Assembly (NCBI GenBank): GCA_963733035.1
Contig: CAVTBU010000005.1
Location: 2,048,001 to 2,112,000, forward strand
Source of the DNA: Pirellulales bacterium
GTDB taxonomy: Bacteria; Planctomycetota; Planctomycetia; Pirellulales; PALSA-1355
DNA: 64,000 nucleotides
Direction of reading: 5' to 3'
Shown here: in pieces, positions 1 through 11,440 of the stretch
Layout of the letters: the number at the start of each line of letters is the position of its first letter
Position numbering within the stretch: the first letter of the stretch is position 1
The notes under the pieces: generated by a model
Database searches by the model: none
The model's input: the letters and a program-made list of their open reading frames with translations, nothing else
What the model was told of the DNA's origin: nothing
Position numbers and translations under genes: made by a program

Positions 1-772
1 ATTTCGCCTCGAGCCCGGCGTCGGCCGAACCGCCACTGCTGCGTACGCCGGCATGCACTCGAGCGCCCAACTCGCTGTATTGCACGAACGGGCTGAGATG
101 CTTGCGCAAGATCTTCGCCGATTCAACCAGCGCCATTTCTGGATGAATTGAGCCGTTAGTCCAGATTTCCATCGTCAACTTGTCGTAGTTCGTCTTTTGG
201 CCGACACGAGTTTCCTCGATCTCGTATCGCACGCGAACCACCGGGCTATAGACGGCGTCGATTGGGATGATGCCGATCTCCTGCACGTTCGGGCTGTGCT
301 CGGTGGCCGGCACATAGCCGCGACCATTCTCAATCACCATTTCCACGACAAACGGTACGTCGTCGGTGAGCGTGGCAATGACGTGGTCCTTGTTGATCAC
401 CTCGACCGTCTCGTCGGTCTGCACGTCGGCCCCGGTCACGACGCCGCGAGTGTTCTTCTCCACGCGTACAACCTTGGTCGACTCGGTGTAGTTCTTGACC
501 ACCAATGACTTGATATTGAGCACAACGTCGGTCATGTCTTCAACAACGCCGGGCAACGTCGTGAATTCATGCTGGGCGCCCTGCACCTTGATCTGGGTGA
601 TTGCACTGCCTTCCAGGCTGGAGAGCAGAATTCGGCGCAGTCCATTGCCGATCGTCACGCCGAAACCTCGTTCGAACGGCTCGGCCACGAACTTGCCGTA
701 AGTGCCACTGAGCGTCTTCGTGTCGCAGGTCACTAGACTGGGCAATTCCAGCCCACGCCATCGAATATGCAT
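1..772 (-). CDS. rpoA: DNA-directed RNA polymerase subunit alpha (3' end runs off the window)
   Basis: Manual translation from ATG at 772: [38 protein letters not shown]..., the RpoA EPFERG motif; follows rpsD. Confidence 0.97.
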   Translation of the reverse strand, partial: MHIRWRGLELPSLVTCDTKTLSGTYGKFVAEPFERGFGVTIGNGLRRILLSSLEGSAITQIKVQGAQHEFTTLPGVVEDMTDVVLNIKSLVVKNYTESTKVVRVEKNTRGVVTGADVQTDETVEVINKDHVIATLTDDVPFVVEMVIENGRGYVPATEHSPNVQEIGIIPIDAVYSPVVRVRYEIEETRVGQKTNYDKLTMEIWTNGSIHPEMALVESAKILRKHLSPFVQYSELGARVHAGVRSSGGSADAGLEAK

Positions 773-940
773 GTCAAGTCTCCGCAAGCGCCAAGCGGGC
801 TTCTGCTAGAAGCCCGCGGTCGGGCCAACCGTCAGGGGGTCTGTGTTGTGTCGCTTGCACCTGGCGGGCGGCGGTCCGGCACCGGAGTACAAGCGACACG
901 GAAAAATTCACTCTACTTTGCCGGGAGCAAAGCTCCGTCT

Positions 941-1568
941 CTATTTCGAGCAAAGCTCGATGATCAGCTGAGTTTGCACTGGGATTGAAATATCGTCCGC
1001 CTCGGGCAGCCGAACAACTCGGCCCTCCGGGATCCCGCCCTCGATGAGGGTCAGAAAGTCCGGCACGTTGCGGCGGTTTTCGGCCAGGTTACTTTGCACG
1101 AACTGAAGACTCTTTGCCCGGTTCTTCACACGAATGACGTCTCCGACTCGCACGATGTAGCTCGGAACGTCGACGCGTTTGCCATTTACAGTCACGTGCC
1201 CGTGCGACACAAATTGCCGTGCCTGGGCTCGGCTGCTGCCAAATCCGAGCCGATGCACGACGTTGTCCAAGCGGCGCTCCAACAAGCTCATCAGGGTGTT
1301 GCCCGTATTTCCCTTGCTACGCGCTGCCCGGTCGTAGTAGCCACGAAACTGACGCTCGAGCACGCCGTAATAGTGCTTGACCTTTTGCTTCTCGCGGAGG
1401 TGCGTGGCGTAATCAGTTTGCTTGCCTCGGCGGAACTGGTGCATTCCCGGCGCGGTATCGCGGCGCTCGATACGCGCACTTGGGCGTGTCGCAACGGGTA
1501 CCCTTGAGGAACAACTTCAGGCCGTCGCGGCGACAGAGCCGGCAAACGGGTCCGGTAATACGAGCCAT
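941..1568 (-). CDS. rpsD: 30S ribosomal protein S4 (Zn-binding C+ type); one extra base near 1472, probably a sequencing error
   Basis: ATG 1568 gives [32 protein letters not shown], then the frame shifts into ORF 941..1444 (LREKQKVK...LERRLDNVV...ELCSK). Span is 628 nt = 3n+1. Confidence 0.95.
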
Positions 1569-1675
1569 ACGTTTCTCTTACAGTAACAGTGGTTTGCTGG
1601 CGTTGGTTTGGTTGATTGCAATCTGCGGAAACCGCGGCTGACCACTCGCAGCAGCAGCGCGGCGGAACGAACGTA

Positions 1676-2056
1676 CTATACGCGGCGTTTCTTGGGCGGA
1701 CGACAACCGTTGTGTGGCAAGGGAGTCACGTCTTCGATGCTCTTGATTGTCATGCCGGCCGCCTGGAGCGAAGTAATCGCGCTTTCGCGCCCGCTGCCAG
1801 GGCCCTTCACGCGGACGTCGAGTTCCTTGACGCCGAACTTGGCCGCTTTTTCGGCGGCTTGTTGTGACGCCATCTGGCCGGCGAACGGCGTGCTCTTGCG
1901 GCTTCCCTTGAAACCGCTTGTGCCAGCGCTCGCCCAACAGAGCACGTCACCCTTGGTATCGGTGATCGTGACTGCCGTGTTGTTGAAGGTCGCTTTGATA
2001 TGCGCGATGCCGACCGTTACGTTGCGACGGACCTTGCGTCGTTTGCTTTTGGCCAC
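1676..2056 (-). CDS. rpsK: 30S ribosomal protein S11
   Basis: [10 protein letters not shown]...[11 protein letters not shown]...[16 protein letters not shown] start at 2056 preceded by GAGGAG. Confidence 0.97.
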   Translation of the reverse strand: MAKSKRRKVRRNVTVGIAHIKATFNNTAVTITDTKGDVLCWASAGTSGFKGSRKSTPFAGQMASQQAAEKAAKFGVKELDVRVKGPGSGRESAITSLQAAGMTIKSIEDVTPLPHNGCRPPKKRRV

Positions 2057-2222
2057 TTCCGATGAACTCCTCAAATACGACTATTCAAGCACACAACGAC
2101 GCGTAACCGATCTGCTCAACGACGATACGGCGACCCGGTTCACACTCGCCATTTCGGCACCGACTGTCTCGACAACCGGTCTCTCGCCCGCCGCAAGATT
2201 CCACTGCGGCGAAAAAACGCGA

Positions 2223-2606
2223 TTACCTCAAATCTTTCACGCCCTTCTTGCCGGCCACGGTCTTTTTCGGACCCTTGCGAGTACGGGCATTGGTTCGAGT
2301 CCGCTGACCGCGTACCGGCAAGCCGCGGCGATGCCGCAAACCGCGATAACAGGCGATGTCACGCAGACGCGAAATGTTTTGCGCCACTTGCCGACGCAAC
2401 TGGCCCTCGACGACGTAGTCTTTATCCAACAGGGCCGCCAACCGGGCCACCTCGTCCTCGTGCAGATCACGCGCCTTCGCACGAGGATCGATGCCGGCCT
2501 TATGGCACAACTCCCGCGCGATCTGCGGCCCCACTCCGTACAAGTACGTGAGCGACACGACGGTCGCCCGATCATTGGGAATATCGACACCCAGCAAACG
2601 CGGCAT
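2223..2606 (-). CDS. rpsM: 30S ribosomal protein S13
   Basis: MPRLLGVDIP...YRGLRHRRGLPVRGQRTRTNARTRKG. Confidence 0.98.
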   Translation of the reverse strand: MPRLLGVDIPNDRATVVSLTYLYGVGPQIARELCHKAGIDPRAKARDLHEDEVARLAALLDKDYVVEGQLRRQVAQNISRLRDIACYRGLRHRRGLPVRGQRTRTNARTRKGPKKTVAGKKGVKDLR

Positions 2607-2805
2607 ATCTAGTTCTCGCTTCTAAACAATTGCGACGGGCAATATCCCGCTCGGCAATACGTTGCTCGCAAGTGGAGCATGACAAAATACTCGTGCCGCT
2701 GTCCGGCTTGCCACTTACCCGACTCGCCCAGGAGTTCTCAAAGGCAATCCGGCGACAAGAATGGTGACGAGCCACGGCGTGGCCAATCAGTCCTGACGCT
2801 ATGCC

Positions 2806-2919
2806 TTAGCCCTGACGCTGCTTGTGCCGCGGATTGTTGCATACCACGAACACGACGCCCCGGCGACGGACGATTTTGCAGTTCTCACAGATTCGCTTGA
2901 CGCTGGCGCGGACTTTCAT
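2806..2919 (-). CDS. rpmJ: 50S ribosomal protein L36 (Zn-ribbon C+ type)
   Basis: [37 protein letters not shown]. Confidence 0.97.
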   Translation of the reverse strand: MKVRASVKRICENCKIVRRRGVVFVVCNNPRHKQRQG

Positions 2920-3171
2920 GGCAGCTTTCGACGGACACGGACGGTTGGCGTAAAGGTCCAAAGCACTTGAATATATCCCCTCACCGCCGACGCTTACAAG
3001 GCCCCTGCGGTGAAGATTTTTCTCCTCCACAGCCCTTGCCGTGCGGTAGGCAAGAGGAAGCTATAAATCGTGACGTTTTTTGGCCTTTTGGCTTACGGTG
3101 CGAGGATCCGGCCGACAGGTGCGACCAGGGCTCGCCCGCGCGAGCAAATGACCTGATTTCTCGAGTCTCCG

Positions 3172-3996
3172 CTAGGCTGGGATTTCCTCGCCATCCTGAG
3201 GTGGACCAGTGAGCACCCAGGGCCCGTTCTCGGTCATTGCGATCGTGTGCTCAAAATGGGCACTCGGACGCGAATCCTGCGTCGCCTGGGTCCAATAGTC
3301 GGGCATGCTCTTAACGTGCTTGCTTCCCATGTTGACCATCGGTTCGACGGCGATTACCAACCCCGGCTCGATGGCAAAATCACCATTGCGGCGCAGCTGG
3401 GCACTGACAAAATTCGGAACCTGTGGATCTTCATGCATCTCGCGGCCGATGCCGTGACCGACGAAGCTCTCGACGACGGAGAATCCCGCATCGCGGACAA
3501 ACGTTCCCATCTCCGAGGCAACCTCGCTCCAACGATTGCGTTTTCCCATTAGATCGATGGCCAAGCTGAGCACGCCGGAGGTAACTTCCAGCAGGCGCTG
3601 CACCTGCGGGTCAATCTGGCCGACCGGCCGTGTTACCGCGGAATCGCCACACCAACCCTCGTATTTGCAGCCCGTGTCGATGCTGACGATATCCCCTTCG
3701 CGCAATACCCGGCGTCCGGGAATACCGTGCACGACTTCGTCGTTGACCGAAATACAGGTCACGGCCGGAAACGGAATCTTGCCCGGCACGCCCTTGAACA
3801 GGGGAATCGCATGGTGCTCGTCGAAAAACCTTTCCACCGCGGCGTCAAGCTCGCCCGTCGTAATCCCAGGCTGCACCATGGCAGCCGTGAGTTCGTGAGC
3901 TTTCCAGACAAGCAAACCAGCTTTGCGCATCTGGGCGATTTCGCGCTGGGAACGCAGAATGTGCACGCTCTTTCTTCTCCTGTTGTCCTCGACCAA
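3172..3996 (-). CDS. map: Type I methionine aminopeptidase (start may be GTG at 3966)
   Basis: [49 protein letters not shown] metal-site motifs. Confidence 0.96.
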   Translation of the reverse strand: MVEDNRRRKSVHILRSQREIAQMRKAGLLVWKAHELTAAMVQPGITTGELDAAVERFFDEHHAIPLFKGVPGKIPFPAVTCISVNDEVVHGIPGRRVLREGDIVSIDTGCKYEGWCGDSAVTRPVGQIDPQVQRLLEVTSGVLSLAIDLMGKRNRWSEVASEMGTFVRDAGFSVVESFVGHGIGREMHEDPQVPNFVSAQLRRNGDFAIEPGLVIAVEPMVNMGSKHVKSMPDYWTQATQDSRPSAHFEHTIAMTENGPWVLTGPPQDGEEIPA

Positions 3997-4080
3997 GGTC
4001 GTTAAAAACTCGCGGGCGGCCAGGACCAGGCTGATATGCCTCGCCGCAAGCCAGCTCCCACCGACACTTTAATTTATATG

Positions 4081-4647
4081 CTATTTCGCACGCTCGCGGG
4101 GACTGACGATGTCTTCGATGCGGACAAAAACCTCATCGGGGGTACCCTGGCCGTCCACCGTTCGCAGCAGTTTCTGTCGACTGTAGTAGTCATGGAGCGG
4201 TGCCGTCTGCCGCTCGTATTCCTCAAGCCGGCGGCGCACGATGTCTGGTTGATCGTCCTTTCGCCCGCGAGCCGACAGCCGTCGAATTAATTCCTCGGCA
4301 TCGGCCGTGAGTTCCAGCACCAAATCGAGCGGCGTGCCACGCGCGGCCAAAATCTTGTCGAGCGCGGCGGCCTGACCCAGCGTCCGCGGGAAACCGTCAA
4401 GCAGGTAACCATCGCGACAGTCTGGTGCCTGAAGACGCTCGCTGACAAGCTCGAGCATCAGCTCGTCCGGTACGAGTTGGCCGGATTCCATGTATCGATC
4501 GGCTCGCTTGCCGAGTTCGGTCTGCTCGCTGCAAGCGTGCCGAAGCATTTCACCGGTCGAGAGATGAACAATCCCCAGGCAGGATACTAACCTCTTGGAC
4601 TGGGTGCCTTTCCCCACGCCGGGCGGACCGATGAAAACTAACCGCAT
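4081..4647 (-). CDS. adk: Adenylate kinase (short-LID type)
   Basis: GPPGVGKGTQ P-loop, HLSTGEMLR, YLLDGFPRT, RGRKDD. Confidence 0.97.
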   Translation of the reverse strand: MRLVFIGPPGVGKGTQSKRLVSCLGIVHLSTGEMLRHACSEQTELGKRADRYMESGQLVPDELMLELVSERLQAPDCRDGYLLDGFPRTLGQAAALDKILAARGTPLDLVLELTADAEELIRRLSARGRKDDQPDIVRRRLEEYERQTAPLHDYYSRQKLLRTVDGQGTPDEVFVRIEDIVSPRERAK

Positions 4648-4711
4648 GGTGTCTCGTCTTTCCCGCCCAGCCGCGGCGTAAGTTTCCTGCTACGCCCCGC
4701 GGAAGCTGTCG

Positions 4712-6052
4712 CTACGCTTCCAATAAACCTCGATAGTTCCGCATGACGAGGTGACTGTCGATTTTCTGCACCAGGTCGAACGCCACGCTCACGGCGATCA
4801 ATAAGCTGGTCCCGCCGAAGAACTGTGCCACATTATAGTCCACCGCGAAGATACTGGTGATGATCGTCGGGGCGATGGCCACGACCGCCAAAAACCCAGC
4901 CCCCACGTAGGTGATTCGGACCATCACTTTCTCCAAGTAGTCGGCCGTCCGCTTGCCTGGCCGGTAACCGGGAATGAATGTGCCAAAACTCTTGAGATTC
5001 TCCGACATGTCTTTGGGATTGAACGTAATGGCTGTCCAGAAGTAGCAGAAGAAATAGATCAGCACGATGTACAACAGGTTGTAGACGAAACCGCTCCCGC
5101 GTCGGAACGCCTCCTCCAGATTGACCCAGATGGAGTCCGGATAGGCATTTGAGAGGCTCGTGAACAACAGCGATGGGAACATCAACAAGCTGCTGGCGAA
5201 GATGATCGGCATCACGCCAGCCTGGTTCACCCGCAGCGGCAGATACTGACGCGTGCCGCCATAGACCCGGCGTCCGCGTACGTGCTTGGCACTTTGGGTG
5301 GGAATCCGCCGCTGCCCGAGTGTGATAAACACGACTCCGGCCACCACCGCGACGAATAAGATCAACAGCAGGATGATGACTTCCACGCCGATCTGACCCG
5401 TGCTACTTCCGAGCTCGAGCGAGGAATTGTTGAGCAACGTATAAATCGCGCCCGGCATGTTGGCGAGAATACCGGCCATAATGATCAAACTGATGCCGTT
5501 GCCGATGCCGAACTCGTCGATTTGTTCACCCAGCCACATCAGGAAAATGGTGCCGGCCGTCATCATCGTCACCGTCAAGAGTTGCCAGCTGAACGGCAGC
5601 GAATCATTGACGAGGTAGTCTTCCAAAATCAGTCCGCGACTCGTTAGGTAGCCGAGATAAGCCCAACTTTGCCCGATGCAGAGCACGACCGTCGCATAGC
5701 GCGTGTATTCGTTGATCTTCTTCCGGCCGCTTTCGCCTTCCTTTTGCAGCCGCTCGAGTGGTCCCCAAACGCTCCCCAAGAGCTGAAAGATAATCGAGGC
5801 GGAAATGTAGGGCATGATGCCCAGACCGAAAATCGTGATTTGACTGAGCGACGCGGCGCTGAACACGGCCACCTGCTGGAACAACTGCCCCATGCCGGTG
5901 GATGACTTGAAGAAGGCGGTCATCTGGCTCTGATCGACGATCGGCAGCGGAATTTGCCAACCGACGCGATAGACGGCCAGCAGGCCGAGGGTGAAGAGAA
6001 TCTTCTTCCGCAGTTCGGGAATCGTGAAGACGACGCGGAGTTTTTCCCACAT
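4712..6052 (-). CDS. secY: Preprotein translocase subunit SecY
   Basis: IFGLGIMPYISASII, WLGEQIDEFGIGNGISLII, FIPGYRPGKRT, GGTSLLIAVSV. Confidence 0.98.
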   Translation of the reverse strand: MWEKLRVVFTIPELRKKILFTLGLLAVYRVGWQIPLPIVDQSQMTAFFKSSTGMGQLFQQVAVFSAASLSQITIFGLGIMPYISASIIFQLLGSVWGPLERLQKEGESGRKKINEYTRYATVVLCIGQSWAYLGYLTSRGLILEDYLVNDSLPFSWQLLTVTMMTAGTIFLMWLGEQIDEFGIGNGISLIIMAGILANMPGAIYTLLNNSSLELGSSTGQIGVEVIILLLILFVAVVAGVVFITLGQRRIPTQSAKHVRGRRVYGGTRQYLPLRVNQAGVMPIIFASSLLMFPSLLFTSLSNAYPDSIWVNLEEAFRRGSGFVYNLLYIVLIYFFCYFWTAITFNPKDMSENLKSFGTFIPGYRPGKRTADYLEKVMVRITYVGAGFLAVVAIAPTIITSIFAVDYNVAQFFGGTSLLIAVSVAFDLVQKIDSHLVMRNYRGLLEA

Positions 6053-6175
6053 GGCTTCGATCCGTCCTTCGTGGAGCCTCCCGGCGCCCGGGGCGGCGGA
6101 GGCCGTTGGGTGGTGCGCCCCGGTCCCTGGGCGATGATCTAGTCTGGAGCCGATACTACCAAATACTGTGCACGT

Positions 6176-6669
6176 TTACTTCCCGGCGGCCTTCTTGCTC
6201 TTGGCCGGCGCCGGCGCCTGCTTGGCCGGCAGCACGTTCGCCTCGCCGCCGGCCGCCTTAATCTTCTCCAGCGCCGTGGCGCTGAAAACGATGGGCCGAG
6301 ATTTTAAGCTTCTTTGTCAACTCGCCGGCACCGAGGATCTTTAACTCGTCGTAGCGACCCTTGGCCAGATCTTTCGCGCAGGCTGTCGAGCGTCACCTCA
6401 TCGCCGTCGGCATACCGGTCGTTCAGATCGCCAACATTGACGGCCTTTACCACCTTGGCAAAGGCATTGTGAAAGCCACGCTTGGGAATTCGGCGAATCA
6501 GCGGGCTGGCGCCACCTTCGAAGATCGACGGTGCGCTCCAGCCGGCCAGCTGACCCTGGCCCTTGTGGCCGCGACCGCTGGTCTTGCCGTGCCCGCTGCC
6601 GGGCCCACGACCGACGCGCTTTTTCTTTTTATGCTTGCGAATACCCCGATTGACATCAGCCAGGTTCAT
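6176..6669 (-). CDS. rplO: 50S ribosomal protein L15; two apparent indels (about 6372 and 6286)
   Basis: ATG 6669: MNLADVNRG...[21 protein letters not shown]...[17 protein letters not shown]. The C-terminus [29 protein letters not shown] / [18 protein letters not shown]...K* is recovered across two frame changes. Confidence 0.92.
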
Positions 6670-7152
6670 ACCAGCGTCACTCCCCGCAGGCGCTCGATTT
6701 CCTGCGCGCATGCGCAATTGCTTGAGCGCCTCGATTGAGGCCTTGACTAAATTGACCGGATTGTTGGAGCCGAAGCTCTTCGTCAGAATGTTGTGAATGC
6801 CTGCCGCCTCGCAGACGGCGCGCACCGCATCACCGGCGATTACGCCGGTACCGGGCGAAGCCGGCACGAGGACCACGCGAGCCGAGCCGAATCGGCCTTC
6901 GATCTGGTGTGGAATCGTGCCTTCATCGAGGGCGATTTCGAACATGCTGCGCGAGCCTTCCTTGACGGCCTTTTCGACACTGGGAGGTACTTCGTTGGCC
7001 TTGCCGTAACCCCAACCGACCTTGCCGCGGCCATTGCCCACGACGACCATGGCCGCGAAGCTGAAACGGCGGCCACCCTTGACCACCGCGGCACACCGCT
7101 TGATCTTGATAACCTTGTCGATCAGCTCTCCACGATTGCTGCCTTCAGACAC
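6666..7152 (-). CDS. rpsE: 30S ribosomal protein S5; one extra base near 6705
   Basis: [19 protein letters not shown]...GTGVIAG...[10 protein letters not shown]. Removing one base gives ...[12 protein letters not shown] with the TGA overlapping the rplO ATG (ATGA). Confidence 0.94.
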
Positions 7153-7263
7153 GTTGACCTTCCCCCAAGCGTGACGCTTGCCAATCTTACTGAATCGTTA
7201 AGTTTACTCAAACCGTCGACCAAGAAAACGGCGTTTTCCCAGACAACTCGGCGGCCGTTTGAA

Positions 7264-7632
7264 CTAGAAACTCAGCCCTGCCTCGCGGGCGGCCGTGGCC
7301 AACGCCGCGACCCGACCGTGATACTGATTCGAACCTCGGTCGAAAGCCACTTGTTTGACGCCGGCCGCCAGCGATCGCTCGGCAATTGCCTTACCGATCA
7401 GCGTCGCCGCGGTGACATTGCCACCATTCTTCACGTCTCCCCGCAAGTCCTTGTCGACGGTGCTAGCGGCAGCCAGGGTCTGGCCGGTGCTATCGTCGAT
7501 CACCTGGGCGTAGACGTGTTTGTGGCTGCGAAACACGGATAATCGCGGCCGCTCGGACGTTCCCCGGACACGCTTTCGCACCCGATATCCGCGTCGCAAC
7601 CGCTGTCGTAATACTGCTCGTTCGTGATTCAC
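7264..7632 (-). CDS. rplR: 50S ribosomal protein L18
   Basis: [20 protein letters not shown]...[26 protein letters not shown]. Confidence 0.98.
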   Translation of the reverse strand: MNHERAVLRQRLRRGYRVRKRVRGTSERPRLSVFRSHKHVYAQVIDDSTGQTLAAASTVDKDLRGDVKNGGNVTAATLIGKAIAERSLAAGVKQVAFDRGSNQYHGRVAALATAAREAGLSF

Positions 7633-7725
7633 TGTATTGCTTCCCGAGCTACAGGACCCAAGAATGTCCAGCGGACGTCATCCGCTGTATTTCTCATCCT
7701 CCGCCCTTCTGCTTGATCCTTTGGA

Positions 7726-8271
7726 TTACTTCGTCATTGCCTTGCCGGCCTTGCGGCGCACTTGCTCGCCATCGTAACGAATGCCCTTGCCTTTATAAGG
7801 CTCAGGTTTTCGCACAGCCCTGACCTCGGCGGCAAACTGGCCGACCAACTGTTTGTCGCTTCCCTTGACCACGACGTGCGTCTGATCGGGGCAGGTCACG
7901 GTTAAACCGGTGGGGATATCCAGGTGAATTTCGTTGGCGAATCCGACCCGCAATTGCAGCTTATTGCCCTGCACGGCAGCCAGATACCCCACACCCACGA
8001 TCTCCAGCTTCTTTTCGTAACCCTTGGTTACGCCTTCGACCATATTTCGGATCACGGCTCGCGACAGCCCGTGCAGGGCGCGAGCCAGCGGGTGATCGCC
8101 CTTGCGCGTGACGACAACCTGCTGCTTGTCGGTATCGAAGGAGACGGTTATTTCGGGCCGTAGATCCCAAGTCAACTTGCCGAGCGGTCCTTCGACCGTG
8201 ACCTCCTTGGCCGTGACGCCAACCTTCACATTCGACGGCACGGCGACGGGTTGTTTTCCGATGCGGGACAT
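7726..8271 (-). CDS. rplF: 50S ribosomal protein L6
   Basis: MSRIGKQPV...RKPEPYKGKGIRY. Confidence 0.98.
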   Translation of the reverse strand: MSRIGKQPVAVPSNVKVGVTAKEVTVEGPLGKLTWDLRPEITVSFDTDKQQVVVTRKGDHPLARALHGLSRAVIRNMVEGVTKGYEKKLEIVGVGYLAAVQGNKLQLRVGFANEIHLDIPTGLTVTCPDQTHVVVKGSDKQLVGQFAAEVRAVRKPEPYKGKGIRYDGEQVRRKAGKAMTK

Positions 8272-8308
8272 TGTCTTACCTTCGCGGCCACGGACGCGGC
8301 CAGTTCGT

Positions 8309-8704
8309 TTACCACAATTCGCAAAGCACTTCGCCGCCCAGATTCTTCTGCCGCGCCTCGCGATCGCTAATCACGCCGCGGCTGGTACTAATGATCGAAA
8401 TGCCCAGACCATTGAGCACGGGGCGGAGGCCATTCGCATGACGATAGACGCGTCGGCCGGGCTTGCTGACGCGCTTGATATGACGAATCACTCGCTCGCC
8501 GTTCGGGCCATACTTCAGTTCGATGCGCAATTCCGGTACGGGCTCTCCGGAGACTTCTTCGAAGCCCCAGATATAGCCTTCGCGCTTGAGCACCTCGGCC
8601 AAGCCACGCTTGACCTTTGACAGTGGCATCGTCACGTTTGGCCGCTCAACGCGCACCGCATTGCGGATGCGAGTGAGCATATCGGCGATGGGGTCGGTCA
8701 TCAT
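8309..8704 (-). CDS. rpsH: 30S ribosomal protein S8
   Basis: [15 protein letters not shown]...SKPGRRVY...[12 protein letters not shown]...GGEVLC. Confidence 0.98.
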   Translation of the reverse strand: MMTDPIADMLTRIRNAVRVERPNVTMPLSKVKRGLAEVLKREGYIWGFEEVSGEPVPELRIELKYGPNGERVIRHIKRVSKPGRRVYRHANGLRPVLNGLGISIISTSRGVISDREARQKNLGGEVLCELW

Positions 8705-8722
8705 GTTTGCAAAGTTCCCCTG

Positions 8723-8908
8723 TTACCAACTCGCCTTCTTGACGCCCGGAATCAGCCCTTCGTCGGCCAACTCACGGAAGCAGATACGGCAGATTCCAAA
8801 TTTGCGGTACACCGCCCGAGGCCGCCCACAGATCTTGCACCGCCGAACGCGGCGGGTACTGAACTTGGGCGTTTCCAGGGCCTTGGCAATTTTCGATTTA
8901 CTCGCCAT
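8723..8908 (-). CDS. rpsN: 30S ribosomal protein S14, type Z (Zn-binding)
   Basis: 61 aa, [26 protein letters not shown]...GVKKASW. Confidence 0.97.
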   Translation of the reverse strand: MASKSKIAKALETPKFSTRRVRRCKICGRPRAVYRKFGICRICFRELADEGLIPGVKKASW

Positions 8909-8961
8909 GAACTTCCTGCCTTACTCGATACATCTGGTGTTTTCAGTAGTGAGCGATGGCC

Positions 8962-9592
8962 TCAAGCCGCGCCCGCCTTGCCCTCGGTCGATTCCTCGGT
9001 CTTGAACGGCATGCCGAAGCCCCGCAACAACTCGCGCGACTCACCGTCTCCCTTCGACCCGGTCATCACTAAGGTCACATTCATTCCTTGTGGCCGCACG
9101 AACTTGTCGGGGTTCAACTCGGGAAATACCAATTGCTCGGTGAGCCCGAGGCTGTAGTTGCCGTGGCCATCGAACGCCTTGGGACTGAGTCCCCGAAAGT
9201 CTCGCACGCGCGGCAGAGCCACGGAAATCAAGCGATCCAAAAACTCGTACATCCGCGGCCCACGCAGCGTCACCTTGGCACCGATTGGCAATCCCTCCCG
9301 CAAGCGGAAGTTGGCAATCGCCTTGCGCGCCTTCGTCACCAGGGCCTTTTGCCCGGTAATCTGCGCTACGCGCCGCGGCCGCGTCTTCAATGTGCTTCTT
9401 CTCGGTGATTGCACTGCCGACGCCCATGCTGACGACGATCTTTTCCAGCCGCGGCAAGGCATGGACATTCGCGCGACCCAGCTTCTGCGCCAAGGCCGGC
9501 CGGATCTCTTTTTCGTATCGTTCCCACAGCCGTGGCGGCACTGCTTCGGCCTGCTGCTCGGGAACTTCGGTTTGTTTTGTTTTCTTCGCCAT
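8962..9592 (-). CDS. rplE: 50S ribosomal protein L5; one extra base near 9369
   Basis: N-half in ORF 9041..9592 ([13 protein letters not shown]); C-half in ORF 8962..9468 ([23 protein letters not shown]...[10 protein letters not shown]...GMPF). Span is 631 nt = 3n+1. Confidence 0.95.
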
Positions 9593-9640
9593 GATTCACT
9601 CAGCCACGTTTTGGGCCGCGTTGATTTGTTCTACGTCGAT

Positions 9641-9988
9641 TCAAGTGCTGGCGTGCGCCTTGCGGGGTGGAGCGATCACGCCGATCGCCGAGTCGCACTT
9701 CTTGCAGTAACGATCCTTGGTGCCATCCGACCGAAAGCGAACACCTGTCCGCGTCGCCTGATTGCACGAGGAACAAACCAGCATCACGTTCGACAGGCTG
9801 ACGGGCATCTCCTTTGACAGCCGACCGCCCTGCGGATTCTTTTGACTGCGGCGGATGTGCCGATAGGCACGGTTCACACCTTCGACAATCACGCGATTCT
9901 CGTCGCGCAGCACCCTGAGCACCTTGCCGCGCACCTTATCGGCGCCGGTGATCACTTCAACAATGTCGTCCACTCGTATATGCATCAC
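9641..9988 (-). CDS. rplX: 50S ribosomal protein L24
   Basis: KOW-like [36 protein letters not shown]. Confidence 0.95.
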   Translation of the reverse strand: MMHIRVDDIVEVITGADKVRGKVLRVLRDENRVIVEGVNRAYRHIRRSQKNPQGGRLSKEMPVSLSNVMLVCSSCNQATRTGVRFRSDGTKDRYCKKCDSAIGVIAPPRKAHAST

Positions 9989-10353
9989 ACCACCTCGCTG
10001 GCGAGGCTCACGATTTTCATGAAATTGCGGTCGCGAAGCTCACGGGCCACGGCGCCGAAAATGCGCGTTCCGCGCGGGTTCTTGTCATTGTCAATGATCA
10101 CCACGGCATTGTTATCAAAGCGCACGTAACTGCCGTCCGACCTCCGGGTCGGTTTCTTGCAACGCACGATCACACCCTTGACGACGCTCTTCTTCTTCAC
10201 ATCACTGCCGGGAATCACCGACTTGACACTACAGACAATGACATCACCCAGACCGGCCGTGCGCCGATGGGTACCGCCGAGCACCTTGATACACATGACC
10301 TCCTTGGCCCCCGTATTGTCGGCGACGCTCAATTTGGTCTGCATCTGGATCAT
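9985..10353 (-). CDS. rplN: 50S ribosomal protein L14
   Basis: [17 protein letters not shown]...FDNNAVVII...[15 protein letters not shown]...[10 protein letters not shown]. Confidence 0.98.
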   Translation of the reverse strand: MIQMQTKLSVADNTGAKEVMCIKVLGGTHRRTAGLGDVIVCSVKSVIPGSDVKKKSVVKGVIVRCKKPTRRSDGSYVRFDNNAVVIIDNDKNPRGTRIFGAVARELRDRNFMKIVSLASEVV

Positions 10354-10419
10354 GATTCACACACCTGGATCGAATATCTTTGGACGCCGGCCCACTAGTT
10401 ACTCGTGGCACACCGATGG

Positions 10420-10725
10420 TTATACTTCGTTCTCTTCATTCGCCGCCTTGTGCGCTGCCTTCATCGCGGCGATGTCCACTAGACGACTCTTGGCCACAAC
10501 CCGCACGAGTTCCCAGCGCTTGGTTTTCGACCGCGGGCGCGACTCTTGGATTTCCACCGTATCGCCGACGTGGCACTCCTCGGCCTCATCGTGTACGTGG
10601 CACACCGTCTTGCGATGCATAATCTTGCCGTACTTCGGGTGGCGAACCAGTCGTGGAATCTCCACCCGACGGGTCTTGGCCGTCTTGTCGCCGGTCACAA
10701 CGCCGATCGAAACTCGTTTTGGCAT
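10420..10725 (-). CDS. rpsQ: 30S ribosomal protein S17
   Basis: GVVTGDKTAKT...HPKYGK...HDE...GDTVEIQESRPRSKTKRW. Confidence 0.97.
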   Translation of the reverse strand: MPKRVSIGVVTGDKTAKTRRVEIPRLVRHPKYGKIMHRKTVCHVHDEAEECHVGDTVEIQESRPRSKTKRWELVRVVAKSRLVDIAAMKAAHKAANEENEV

Positions 10726-10740
10726 GGCAATCTCTACTGT

Positions 10741-10959
10741 TTACTTGGCGGCCGCCGCAGCCTGGGCCCGGGCCGCTCGCTGCGATTGGATGGTCTTGCA
10801 ACGGGCGATCAAGCGCCTTGTCTTGCGAAGCTCGCTGGGAGCGTCCAAGCGCTCGGTCTGCGATTGAATCCGCATCCGAAACAGACTCTCGACCGCATCC
10901 TTGAGCGTGAGCACCAATTGCTCGTCGCTCATCTCGCGTAATTCACTTGCTTTGGTCAT
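10741..10959 (-). CDS. rpmC: 50S ribosomal protein L29
   Basis: MTKASELREMSDEQL...RRLIARCKTI; position between rplP and rpsQ. Confidence 0.95.
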   Translation of the reverse strand: MTKASELREMSDEQLVLTLKDAVESLFRMRIQSQTERLDAPSELRKTRRLIARCKTIQSQRAARAQAAAAAK

Positions 10960-11023
10960 GATTCTTTCATCCGCTGTCCGCTCGACGAGTTGTTCGCCGC
11001 CGGGTGATCTGCACGCTCCTCAC

Positions 11024-11440
11024 CTAAACCGCTCGACGCCGGATGAACCGCACCCGTACGGGCATCTTGTGAGCCAATCGCGAAAAACACATCCGAGCCG
11101 CTTCCTCGGTCACGCCCGCGATTTCGTACAACACCGTGCCAGGACGTACCACGGCCGCCCAATATTCCGGCTCTCCCTTGCCCTTACCCATGCGAGTCTC
11201 GAGCGGGATCGACGTAATTGACTTGTGCGGAAAGACGCGAATGTAAAGCCGACCCTCGCTGCGCAAGTATTGCGAAGCGGCGATACGGCCGGCCTCAATC
11301 GTCTGCGCGCTGACCCAGCCACCTTGTGTAGCCTGCAGGCCAAAGTCGCCGAAGACGACGCGGTTGCCCCGCGTGGCCTTACCTTTTATACGTCCTCTTT
11401 GGCTTTTTCGGTGCTTGACCCTCTTGGGCATCAACGCCAT
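11024..11440 (-). CDS. rplP: 50S ribosomal protein L16
   Basis: [17 protein letters not shown]...IEAGRIA...[14 protein letters not shown]. Confidence 0.97.
   Translation of the reverse strand: MALMPKRVKHRKSQRGRIKGKATRGNRVVFGDFGLQATQGGWVSAQTIEAGRIAASQYLRSEGRLYIRVFPHKSITSIPLETRMGKGKGEPEYWAAVVRPGTVLYEIAGVTEEAARMCFSRLAHKMPVRVRFIRRRAV

Noticed and set aside
6304..7152. Apparent S5-L15 fusion protein (282-aa ORF)
   Set aside because: Removing one base near 6705 restores a normal S5 end whose TGA overlaps the rplO ATG; the fusion is an indel artefact.
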